Of a stretch of DNA of 64,000 nt, positions 46,810 through 59,087 are shown one piece after another. A program made the position numbers and the translations under genes. Location of the stretch: assembly GCA_951406725.2 (NCBI GenBank), contig OX597827.1, positions 83,452,001-83,516,000 of the forward strand. Reading direction: 5' to 3'. A model generated the notes under the pieces. The model was not told the origin of the DNA. It saw only the letters and a list, made by a program, of their open reading frames with translations, and ran no database searches. Each line of letters starts with the position of its first letter. Positions within the stretch are counted from its first letter, which is position 1. Source of the DNA: Octopus vulgaris (Eukaryota).

Positions 46810-47519
46810 TAGGTCACCTCTTATCAGGTGATCCATGACCCACTCATCTCTTCTCATTAACCATGTTGTGTTTAAACCCCATCCAAGGCCCCCATACTAA
46901 CCATTATCTACTCTTCAGAATGTCAGTCCTCAGGAATACCATGCATTTCTTTCCTGTACTCATAGACTTGCAACAGTTAAAACAGAACATTAACATCATC
47001 AATCTCACCAGTCTTGGACAACCCTCAAAGACCATGGCCATTACCTCTTCTTCCAGATAAAGCTACAAAGAAATAAGAAAATTGTTATTAAATTAAAACA
47101 TAAATCTAGTTGAACCTCGTATTTAACATTTATCATATATTCTAAATGTTAAAAAGGAATATTTTTATATTTTAAATGTCACTTATCTATTGTCCCACCT
47201 ACAACTTCAAACAGGTTTCTCTGCTCATCATCTTTACAACTATAACCTACACACACCAAAGTATACACAAGTCTCATCACATTCACGTAAAACCAGATAT
47301 ACACAAGTGCTATCACATAGAGGAAAGTTCACAGGAGTCACATCTGCATCTCTACTTCACTAGTTAATCAAATCTTCTCACTTTAAATCAATGTAAGTAG
47401 CCACCAGCCATACCACAAAATTTCCTACAAACATTTTGATTGATATATCCCTCTAACTAATTTATTTTCCAAACACTCAAAAACTCCACACTGCTAAACC
47501 ATAACTAAACCAAGAAATG

Positions 47520-47554
<35 letters not shown>

Positions 47555-47590
47555 TGCATGCGCGCATGTGTGTGTGTGTATGTATAGTAG

Positions 47591-48020
47591 GTGCTGGCAT
47601 AGCTATTGAGTATGAAGTTTGCTTCCCAACTACATAGTTTCAAGTTCAATCCTATTATGTGGCACCTTGGCCAAGTGTCATGTACTATAGCCCCAAGCCA
47701 ACCAGAGCCTTGCAAGTGGATTTGGTAGACATAAATTGAAAGGAAGCCAGTCATGGAGGGGTGTTCACAGTCTTCACATCACATGATGGTGGTCAGCATG
47801 TGTCATCATCATGCAAGTGGTGTCATTTGTTTTTTGAATTTTCCATGGAAAATTGGAAATGAATGACATCACTTCTGGTCATGGGGAAATATTAACTTAA
47901 CTGGAAACAGGTGAGAGTTGGCAACAGAAGAGGCATCTAGCCATAGAAAATCCATTCCAACAAATTCTGGCCCACCAAAGCAAGCATGGAAAGTGGATAT
48001 TAAAATGATGATGATGATGA
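47591..48020 (+). mobile_element. tRNA-derived SINE with RTE-type (ATG)n tail
   Basis: Head ..gtttcaagttcaatcc, core ggcaccttggccaagtgtc..gtggatttggtagac, tail gaggcatctagccatagaaa..gcatggaaagtggatattaaaatgatg. Confidence 0.8.
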
Positions 48021-48549
48021 TCACACACAGATAAATAGATAGACAGACAGATAATAAAATGTTGCACATGAGGTCAACAAAAGAGGAAACAGGAAAAAAT
48101 ACACAAGGACATGGACATGCTCATCTCTTGTCTCATTTGTTTAACAACCAAATATCATCACAATTTCAATGTCTTATCAATGATATTGTTCAGTTTGGTA
48201 ATATCGATGGCAAAATGCTGCTGGGGGTATAAATAAATGAATATGAAGGACAGAATAAGACAATTACAATAAAAACAGGGTCTTCGGACAGAATGGTAAA
48301 AAGGATGAGTTATGAGGAGAATCAGAAAATATATAAAATGTAAAAGCAAGAACAGCAACAAAAGCATAAATATATGACAACACAAGTATTTGCAGACATG
48401 GAAAGTTTTTTTGGCCACATGGCAGAATTAATATGTGATATATGATAAATAAATAAATAAATATGTATGTATGTATGTGTGTGTGTGTGTCTATGTATGT
48501 ATGTATCTATCTACCTACCTACCTACCTACCTATCTATCTATTTTTTTA

Positions 48550-49851
48550 ATTATTATAAATCTTCCACTGAGGAGGGAGCTGGTTTCCAACAAAGATACA
48601 AGGATCCATCTTTGGGATGTAATTAACACAGACAAATTCACATTTGAACTTGAGAAAAGTCTTGCATATTTTTACTGTTCCACTCACAGATTGGACTTGT
48701 AATGTACAGATCAGCCAGTCAATTTCTCTTTCTGAAAATCCCAATTTATCCAGATTCTCCTTTAAGTATTTACTAACAAAACCTAGTGCTCCAATTATTA
48801 TTGGTATGAATATGAATTCATAGTCTGGATATAGAAACTGGAGGTTTCGAAGCAGTTGTCCATAGATATCCTCTTCTTTGATTTTCAGAGAGATATTTAT
48901 ATCTGCCGGGCAGCTAACCTCTATGATGGTACATAGCTTTGCCCCTCTCTCCCAAACAACAATATCTGGCCTGTCGTGCTTACATTTGACAGAAGTTTTG
49001 ATGGGAATATTCCGCCAGTATTCCTTGAGTTGGCGTTTATGAATGTATTCCATAACAGAGGGATTTTCTAAGTTTATTTCAGGACAGTCTTTTCTGCGAA
49101 TGGCATTGTAAATTGTTTTAGCAACAACATCATGCCGCATAGGGAAGTAGTACCATGACAACATTTTAGGACAGCTGCGAATCACATGCGTAATATCTTC
49201 CACAGAAACATGATGCAGTTTCACCTTGGGATTACAAGAGCGTCACTGTCTCTCTTGTTCACCAGGTACTTTGTGGCAATCTCCTGTTCCTGGATTGCAA
49301 ATGCATAGCCTCCAAATTGTGATGTGATGTAGTGGTCTTGTGTCCAAGAGAGGCTGCACTCCGTGTCATTTCTTACTGTCTTCTTCAAGCTTCCGGGCAA
49401 CACACCCAAGTATGGTCTTTTTTTTTGTATGCCGAGCGCTTTCCATTCAGGTCTTCTCTGAGGTAAGAGAGCCCAGCTGTTTTGGGGCCATAGAGGAGAT
49501 CATCAGGAAGAGAGTATTTCTTGAGGAGTTCACTTCCGACTCGTACAATGTCGCTCATTTCACTTTCCAGCACTGCATTTATATATTCATTTTTGCTGCT
49601 GTTGTTTATCAGGTGCTGCCTGAGTGACCCCATAGGGATTCAAAGGCTGTCTGCACTGATCTCAAGCCTCTACCACCTTCATTTCTTCTAAGGTAGAACC
49701 TGTCAACATCACTGTTTCTGTGGAAGTTCCCAGTTGTCAGCATTTTGTGGGTTTCAATATCTATGGAGTGGATTTCCTCTACAGACCAATCAAGTATCCC
49801 AAATGTTGGGATCAGCACTGGTACTGCAAATGCATTGTGGGATATTGTTTT
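48550..49851 (-). mobile_element. Non-LTR retrotransposon with restriction-like endonuclease (R4/Dong-like), 3' part
   Basis: EDITHVIRSC..RHDVVAK..KHDRPDIVVW..IIEVSCPAD..IPIIIGALG; upstream DRFYLRRNEGGRGL. Confidence 0.85.
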
Positions 49852-50470
49852 GTTAGTTAGTTAGTTAGTTAATTTGGCTCAAAAGCAAATAGCAAGGCCA
49901 TGTAGGGGGACATGGAGTTAAGTACAGGGTGGTGTTCATGTAAAGAGTTCAGGCCACTTGAGGTCAAGGGAGGCTTTGAACAAAGCGGTCGTCGGCATCT
50001 TCACCATCTCGTCTGGCAGCTTGTTCCACGGATCCGCAACCCAGACGGAGAAAGCTCCTCTCCTTCAATTGAGATGAAATCGTCGCAGGTAGAGCTTTTC
50101 GGAATGACCCCGCAGCCGACGCTCTGGAGCAGGAGTGAAGAACAGCTCTTTCGAGAGGTTACACTTTCCGCTTATGATGTTGTGGGCGAGAATGAGATCA
50201 CCACGGCGGCGGCGTTTTTCAAGAGAATAAAGGTCGAGCGTCCTCAGCCTTTCTTCGTAGGACAAATTTTTGAGACCATGAACCATGCGGGTAGCCAGCT
50301 TCTGGACTCTTTCGAGATGCTGTATGTCTTTAAGGAGATAAGGAGAAGAGGCTTGAATCCCATACTCCAATATGGGTCTCACCAGCGTGACATAGAGTGG
50401 TAGGAATATGGCTGCTGTGAGCATTCCGAATGACCGTCGAATCAAGAACAGAATTCCGCGTGCTTTGTTG
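49852..50470 (-). mobile_element. Young CR1-type LINE 3' fragment with (TAAC)n tail
   Basis: Open frame LYVTLVRPILEYG..LERVQKLATRMV..LSYEERLRTLDLYSLEKRRRRGDLI..RGHSEKL. Confidence 0.93.
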
Positions 50471-50570
50471 TAAGAGGAGAGCTCCGACTGCTATTATGTA
50501 TATATGTATGTATTTTTGTACGTATGTCTGCTGCCTGTCTGCCTGCCTACCTTCCTGCTTGCCTGCCATT

Positions 50571-52205
50571 ATTCAGTTTTATTTCAAGATTTCTTGCCAA
50601 TAGGGATCTAACTTAGATTCAAGGCTCCGTCATTGGAATTTCAACAACATCAACAGGGTATGTATGTATGTATGTATGTATGTATGTATACATGCAGATT
50701 CGTATGTTTTGTTTTCTGTATATATTCTCTTGCGTATAGTTGCATATCTAGACGTGCTCATATATACTTCAATGATAAACTTCTAGAAAGTTTTACAGAT
50801 TTTTACAGTTCCAGTGATGAATTGGATCTGTAGTCTTCTTTCTGATTCTGAGAAGCCTAATTTCTCAAGATTGGTATTTAGGCAGTGTGTCATATATTCC
50901 AGTGCCCCAATAATTACAAGTATAAACCTGAACTTGTAATCTGGATAGAGTAGCTGCAAATTTCTCAATAGTTCAGTGTATGTATGTTTGTATGTCCTTA
51001 TTCAGACTCGTTCATTGGAATTTCAACATCAACAACAGGGTATGTATGTATTTATGTATGTATGTGTGTGTGTGTGTGTGTATGTATACACGTATGTACG
51101 TATGTATGTATGTATGTGCAGATTTGTATGTTTTATGTATATATTCTCTTGCGTATAGTTGCATATCTAGACATGCTCATATATATTTAAATGATAAACT
51201 TCTGGAAAGTTTTACAGATTTTTACAGTTCCAGTGATGAATTGGATCTGTAGTCTCCTTTCTGGTTTTGAGAAGCCTAATTTCTCAAGATTGGTATTTAG
51301 GCAACGTGTTATATATCCCAGGGCCCCAATAATTTCAGGTATAAACCCAAACTTGTAATCTGGATAGAGTAACTGCAGATTTCTCAATAGCTCAGCATAG
51401 GTGTTCTCTTTTTCATTGATCTTCAGTTTTATGTTAACATCCCCTGAGCAGCTGATTTCCACAACTGTACACAGTTTCTCTTCTCTATTGCAAATCATTA
51501 TATCAGGTCTGTTGTGCTTACATTTTATTGAGGTATTCACTGGGACATTCCACCAGTACTCCTTTTTTATAGGTGGCTATGACTTTACCATACTGTGGGC
51601 TCTTATTTCTTTGTCTTTGGGGTTATCCTTTTGATGGATTTCATTACAGAGTGTCCTAGCTACAACATCATGTCTCATCGATAGATAATACTGAGATGAC
51701 ATTTTCAGACAACTGCTTATGATGTGGCTGATATCTTCGGTGTTAACTCTACAAAGTCTGCATCAGTTGTCACATTTTACTGTTCTTCCTGCATCTCTAT
51801 CCCTTTTGTACATCAGGTACTTGGTTGATATTTCCTGTTCCTGGATTTCAAACGCACATCCTTCAAAGTGGGAGGTAGTAATCCGGCTATTGGTCCATGA
51901 TAGATTGCTTTGATGATCGATGTTACTCTCATCATGGAGCTTTCTACTAACATGTCCATGCATAGTCTTCTGCTCATATAGGCTCGTCTTTTCATCTGAT
52001 GATACATTGCAGTAGGGTCATGTGACTTATTTGCTTATGTATTTAAGGTTATCAGACAAGGAATGTTGCTCAAGGAGCTGCCTTCCAAGTCTTGTGATGT
52101 TATCAGCCTCATCTATGCAAACTTGGTCAAGGGATGCACTTTGACACTTGGTGGTTAAAAGATGTTGCTGAAGGGATATGCTGCGACATTGAAAGGCATT
52201 TTGGA
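50571..52205 (-). mobile_element. Second R4/Dong-like REL element (51005-52205) with a tandemly duplicated 3' end (50571-50975)
   Basis: KHNRPDIMI..VVEISCSGD..KENTYAEL. 50631-50975 is a close direct repeat of 51013-51395. Confidence 0.85.
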
Positions 52206-52699
52206 TCAATGTCAAACCTCATCCAAATGCACATGCACAAAAGACTGACTGAAGTAAGCTACTTTATTAGGGGCTTCAAATTTAGTGTTGATAAAAACCG
52301 AACTGACATTTTGGCCAACCCAATATACACACACATATACACATATTCATATACACACACACATTTATACATATATACATATATGTCCACAGGATAGAGT
52401 GTGATGAGCTTGTTCTTCCATCAAATTCTAGCTTCCCAACAACTGGCACAGAACAATTGCCCCAACTCTTCTCAAATACTGACCCCCACCCCATTTAATT
52501 AAGGAGGCTTTTCCTTTTCCTTTTCCCACTTTTTTCCTTCTTTCTGTTCATTTATTTCCTTGCAAGCTACTTGACAACTCTACTAATGCCAGTGGCACAA
52601 AAAAGCACCCAGAATACACTGTAAAGTGGTTAGCATTAGGAAGGGTATCCAATGTCTGCACTCCAAATGTTAGAGTGCAGACATGTAGATGTGAGCTGT

Positions 52700-55480
52700 G
52701 TACAAGAGATAAGATGAACAGGAGCCTGTACAAGACTCCTCGTGAACAGGAAACATAGATAGAAACTCTTCTAGATATGTAGCATTGAAGGTGTGAGTGG
52801 TGTAGGCATACTCTTAGCAGAGAAATGGGTAGATAAAGTGATTGAGATAGTAAGAGTTTGTGATAGGAGTGTTAAGCTAAGATTAGTATTAGATTATACA
52901 ACAGTAACATCTACATCAGCATAAGGCCCACAAGCTGATTGATAGATAAATTGAAGGACGACTTCTATGAGACCCTTCTGAAGATTACTTCGATGGCAAA
53001 TGACAAAAACATGTTGATTTCAATGGATTTCATGGAGGACATGGAGGTTATGGCTTTGGTTCCAGAAATGAGAAGGGAACAAGGCTGCCAGAATACTTTG
53101 ATCCGCAACTCTAACTTCAGGAAGCCTACCAGTGACTTGATCACCAACAAATCTATCTGGTGGGCATAAAAGCCAGATTGATACATTCTTACTAGGAAAT
53201 ATGTAGGTTAAGTAGATAATAATTAATGCAAAGTCCTTTCCTAATGAAGAATGTACTTCAACATAGGTGAGTAGTGATTTCAGGCTTACAGCCAGAAAGT
53301 CACAGAGAAACAAATCCACTGAAAAAGGACAACCTGGAAGATTAATGATCCTTTAAACAGTCAGAGATTTGGAGACATACTAATTAAAGCATTTGACAAA
53401 AAGGAGGAGAAATTAGAGATATATAGCATAGAGGACAATTGGAAGTTCTTAAGTGAAAATCTACTGAGGGCTACAGACCAAATTTCTGGCCAGTGCAAAA
53501 TTCCAGCCAGACCAAGGGTGATGTAGCGGTAGAAGAGGAAGGTTTGGCAAAACTTTACCAGGTGGCTAGAAGAGAAACTAGGAAACAGGTCTAATTAGTA
53601 AGGGGAAGGGCAGAAAAGACGAGATTTGCCAATGTTCTTCACCATGATGACCAAAGATATTGAAGTGTTCTGAATTTCAAGGCAGTGTATTAGAGAAAAT
53701 GAAGATGTGGGAGAGAAGTGTGTGCAGAAGGATGATGACATATTTGCACTTAATGATTCTGAAAAGAAGGATGCATGGAAGTGCTATTACAAAAAGTTAT
53801 TAAATGTGGAGAATGTATGGGAGAGAGAGTTTTCCTAATGTAGACCTGACAAAGGGTCTAGCCATTTGTGTTGACTGCGGTGTTATAGATAAAGCAATTA
53901 CGAATATGAAATCTGGGAAAATCTCTGATCCATCAGGAATTACCTCTGAAATGCTTTAAATATCTGGTAGTGTATGGTACAACCTAGTCACTTGTATAGT
54001 TCATTAGGTTGCACAGGAATATATCATATCCAGTGATTGGTGTGGCAGCACTGTAGTCAATGGTTGCAAGGGTACAGGAGATGCCTTACAAAGAAGTTAT
54101 TAAAGAGGTATCAAATTACTGGGCCAGATTATAGAAGTCACTGAAAGAGTCATAACTCAGTTTATTAGAAAGAGAGTTAACCTAGATGAGATGCAGATTT
54201 TCTCTAGATTTCCATGCTAGGGAAAAGCACAACTGATGCTCTCTTTATAGTTTGGCAACTGTACAAGAAGTATTTAACAAAAAGCAAACCATTGTACTTA
54301 GCATTCATTGATCTTGAAAAAAACCTTTGACAGAGTGCTTCGATCACTCATCTGTTGGCCACTGCGGAAGTTAGAAGTAGATGAATGGCTAGTGAGAGCA
54401 GTTCAAGTCATGTACAGGGATGCTGTTAACAAAGTAAGAGTTAACAATGAAAACAACAATTAATTTAGTGTGCAAGTAAGAATTAGCCAGGGTTCAGTTA
54501 TCAGTCTCCTCTTATTTACCATAGTCCTCCAAATGATAACAGAGAAATTTAAAACTGGTTACCCAAGGGAATTCCTCTTTGCTGATAATCTTGTTCTTAT
54601 GGCTGAAACTGTAGGGGAATTAGAATTAAAATTCCAAGTGTACAAACAAAACCTGAAATCAAAGGATCTTAAAGTTAACTGAGGAAAGACCAAAGTTCTA
54701 CTTAGCAGAAAATGGCCTTGTTCTATATGTAGAGAAGATGTAGGCAGAAATTCCATGTGGGGTACTCAATACAGACTATGGACACATAAGAGGTGCAGTA
54801 GAATGATAGGAGGGTTAACAGAGAAAGTAGAATTTGTTTGTGGCAGATGTGCAGATGCAATAAATAACAAAAGCACATGGGAATTAGATGTTCTGAAATG
54901 ACCAGGTGCTCCCTAAATGTAGAGGGTTTTTTTTATGTACTGACCTAATTAGCAGTGGGAGGAGGATCTTCTGAAAATATAGTTGCTAGAATAAGAACTG
55001 GCTGGTGAAAAGTTCAGAAATCTTTTACCTTTGTTGGTAACAAAAGGTCTCTTTCTCTCAATGTGATTGATGCTTGTATACAAGCAACAATGCTCCGTGC
55101 ATGTGCAACTTGGACTGTGAATGCTGAGGTCATGCAAAGACTGGCAAGATATGAAACTAGAATATGCCAATGAATGTGCAGTGTCAATGTACATGTAAGA
55201 TAAAGTACAAGTGTGCTAAGCAAAATAATTGATGTAAGAGGCATTGAATGTGTGCATCAGGAAAGACTGCACTCATGTGGTTATGTGATGCAGATGGATA
55301 AGGACAGCTGTATAAAGAAGTGTTGGTCACTAAATGTGGAAAGGAGGAGGACTGTGGAAGAGGAGGACCTAAAAAGACATGAAATATGATGGTGAACACT
55401 AGCCTCAAGATGGTGAGCCTCTCATAGGAGATGAGAGGGGACTGGGATGAACGGTGATGTATTGTGCTTGACCCATCCAT
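52700..55480 (+). mobile_element. Heavily decayed, nearly full-ORF RTE LINE (APE + RT)
   Basis: GVGILLAEKWVDKV (APE), LYLAFIDLEK, QGSVISLLLF, FLFADNLVL, GRGGPKKT; many stops. Confidence 0.9.
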
Positions 55481-55663
55481 CTCAACACAACTGAGGTTCT
55501 GTCAAACCTTCCCCACCACTCATCTTCTAGCACCCACCTTTCCATCAATCTTCTATGTTTATTTACGTCTGTTTGTTTATCGGCTACTTTCTCATTCTCA
55601 TTTATTTGTGACTTTATTTTTTTTCCCCATAGCTCCTAAGAAAATTCATAGTGAAAGTGCTAA

Positions 55664-56900
55664 GCATCATCATCATCATCATCGTCGTCGTCGTTTAACG
55701 TCCGCTTTCCATGCTAGCATGGGTTGGACGGTTCAACTGGGGTCTGGGAAGCCAGAAGGCTGCACCAGGCCCAGTCTGATATGGCAGTGTTTCTACAGCT
55801 GGATGCCCTTCCTAAGGCCAACCGCTCTGTGAGTGTAGTGGGTGCTTTTTACGTGCCACTGGCACAGGTGCTGGACGAGGCTGGCAGACGGCCATGGACG
55901 GATGGTGCTTTTTACATGCCACCAGCACGGAAGCCAGTTGGGGCGGCACTGGCAAAAGCCACGTTCGGATGGTTCTCTTACGTACCACCAGCACTGATAT
56001 CACAGCTACAATTTCCATTGATGTTGATCGATTTTGATTTTGATTTTGATTTTGATTTTCACTTGCCTCAACAGGTCTTCACAAGTAGAGTTTTGTGTCC
56101 CAAGAAGGAAAGGTATGCATAAGTGGACTGGCTACATCCCAGGTAGAGCCCACGGGTTATGGTCTCACTTGTCCTGCCGGGTCTTCTCACGCACAGCATA
56201 CTTCCAAAGGTCTCAGTCTCTAGTCATTTCCTCGGTGAGACCTAAAGTTCGAAGGTCATGCTTCACCACCTCGTCCCAGGTTTTCCTGGGTCTACCTCTT
56301 CCACAGGTTCCCTCAACCGCTAGGGTGTGGCACTTTTTTACACAACTATCTTCATCCATTCTCGCCACATGACCATACCAGCGCAAACATCTCTCTTGCA
56401 CACCACAACTGATGCTTCTTAGGTCCAACTTTTCTCTCAAGGTACCTACACTCTGTCGAGTATGAACACTGACATTACACATCCAGCAGAGCATACTGGC
56501 TTCATTTCTTGCAAGCTTACGCATATCCTCAGCAGTCACAGCCCATGTTTCACTGCCATGTAGCATGGCTGTTCATACACATGCGTCATACAGTCTACCT
56601 TTTACTCTGAGCTAGAGGCCTTTTGTCACCAGCAGAGGTAAGAGCTCTCTGAACTTTGCCCAGGCTATTCTTACTCTAGCAGTTACACTTTCAGCACACC
56701 TGCCCCCGCTACTGATTTGATCACCTAGGTAATGGAAGCTATCAACTATTTCTAGTTTTTCTCCCTGAAATGTGGCGGAAGTTGTTCTCTGCTCATTTTC
56801 AGTGTTTATTGCTCCTGAGCATCTGCCACATACAAAAACTATCTTCCTAGTTAGCCTTCCTTTGATATTGCTGCACTTCTTATGTGTCCATAGCTTACAC
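55664..56900 (-). mobile_element. Younger RTE LINE, 3' ~1.2 kb
   Basis: CKLWTHKKCS..FHYLGD..AWAKFRELLPLL, then LHGSETW..LRWYGHVARM..GRGRPRKTW, 3'UTR and (ATG)n tail. Confidence 0.93.
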
Positions 56901-58971
56901 TTAAGAGGTGCTATGGACATCATGCTATAATGCTGGAAGATAAACTGGCTGGGATAAAATGCTATGGAAAAAGTGAAAAAGTGGTAGCAATTGCATGATC
57001 TTTTGAGATGAGATAGACAACTGTATCAACAATTGTACATAAGGACAAGATTTTAGCACCTATCAAATCTGAAGTCCCAGGGATGAAGAACACTGTCATC
57101 AATAAGAAAAGAAGCAAAATCTTTGAAGAAATGGAAAGATTTCTTTCTCTTTGGATTGTTAGGTTGAATTGTCAGTATGCTACTATTAGTCAAAAAAAAT
57201 CATTCAAGAGAAAGCGTTGTATTTTTGTTTGATGACCAGAAGAAAAAATATCCAGATGAGAAAGATGTAGAATTCAAGGCAAGTCAAGGATGGTTCATGA
57301 GATTTAAGGAGCAAAGAAGTTATCACTCCATTAAGAATCAATGTGAAAGTGCATCAGCTGATGAACAAGCAGCAGTGGAATTTCCTAATGCATTAAAGAA
57401 AATCAGAGAAGAAAACAGGTTTCTTCCCAAACAGATTTTTAATGTAGATGAAACTGGATTGTATTGGAAAAAATTGCCAGACCGTTCATTCATTTCCAAG
57501 GAGGAGAAAACTTCCAGGACACAAGGTCTCAAAAGAACGTGTGACCATTATGTTGGGAAGGAATTATGCAAGAGATTTTAAGTTGAAGCCATGCACACAA
57601 TACCTGTGCTCTGAAGAACATACCCAAGGCATCTCTCCCTGTTATATGGATGGCTAATTCAAAAGCATGGGTTACTGTTGTTGCTTTTGAAGATTGGTTC
57701 TTCAATTATTTTATCCAAGCAGCAGAGAAGTACTGTAAGGAGAAGGGGATTCCTTTTAAGGTTTTACTTATCTTAGATAATGCTCCTGGGCACCTGCAAA
57801 ACATCGTATACCTCCCTCCAAACACCACATCTCTTCTGAGCTAATGGATCAGGGAATAATTGCTATCTTCAAGCGTTACTATATGAAGCGTACATTGTGG
57901 CAAGCAATAGCTGCAACTAATCTTGATAAGTCCATCACACTTTGTGACTTTTGGAAGAGATACGATATCTACAAGGCTGTACAGAACATAGCAGCGGCAT
58001 GGAATGATGTACAAAGAACGGCTATGAATGGTGTATGGAGAAGACTATGCCTGCAATTCGTGAATGATTTTAAAGAGTTTCATAATGTTGCCATCAACAA
58101 ACCATTGGTGGCTGAGAGCAAAGAACTGGAAATGGATTTGGAGGAGGAGGATTTCACAGATTTATTTGAAAAAGACAAGCAGCCCCTGACAAATGAGGAT
58201 TTGATAGAGCTTCACAAGCAGCAAAATAAAGAAGAAGAGGAAGTCGAACCCAAATCGCGGCACTTTACCATTAAGAAAATGCAGCAAGCATTTGCATATA
58301 TCGAAAAATGTCTTTCTATGTTCAAGGATATGGATCCAAATGCTCAACACTTTTCCAAGATTAAGGCTTGTCATGAAGCTTTTGCTCCTTATAATGTAAT
58401 CCTTAAGGAAAAGAAGAAGACAGTTCAAGGAACTCTCAACTGGTTTTTTTAACCGCATCAAACAATACAAACAGCCAGAGTCAGCTGTTGCTGTTGACGA
58501 TCCACAGCCATCTACATCCGTGATGTGAACCACCAAATTGTATGTACGTATTGGTAAATTTAAAATAATTTAGATTTTTTTACTATTTCAAAATAATAAT
58601 TACTGAATTTGTATTTTAAGCTTAAAAAAGGCTTTTATTTTACCATGTCTTATTGTAAACTGCATTCATAAATAAAGTGTTCATGATGTACGGTAAACAC
58701 TGCCAAATTGTATTCATAAATTTAGATTACTTTTTTTTTTACTGTATTGTATTAAAAAATAAACAGTAGTTGTTTGTAAGCTTAAAATAGTTTTTTATTA
58801 ACCATATATTATTGAAAATGCCTTCATAAATAAAGTACAGAACTGGGAATAGTTATTATTGGTTTAGCCTAGAGAGAAGTAAATTTGGCCAAGCCAATTC
58901 AACTTAAGTCATTTTTTGATGTAAGTCGTGTCTCCTGGAACTAATTAACGACATAGGGTGAGGTATGCATG
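56901..58971 (+). mobile_element. Tigger/pogo DNA transposon (pseudogenised CENP-B-type HTH + DDE transposase)
   Basis: FKASQGWFMRFK, FNVDETGLYWK, KAWVT..FEDWF, LLILDNAPGH, LPPNTTSLL..MDQGII across frameshifts; right end gaggtatgcatg-TA. Confidence 0.92.
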
Positions 58972-59087
58972 TATTAGAAATTGGTTGACAACTGATGAAG
59001 AATTAGGGCCCTTCTGTGTTTTACACTCAGTATACGTTATGTCGTATGTTTTATATATATATACATGTGTGTGTGTGTGTGTGTGTA

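Larger units (their letters stand above)
44580..47075 (+). mobile_element. Degraded CR1/L2-group LINE split by a mariner insertion (parts 44580-45480 and 46810-47075)
   Basis: NSGVPQG RT motif at ~44824-44844; NILNHIQRKATQL at ~45330. Confidence 0.65.

Noticed and set aside
57177-58452. Domesticated TIGD/CENP-B-like gene
   Set aside because: Multiple frameshifts and a retained TIR-like end indicate a decaying transposon.
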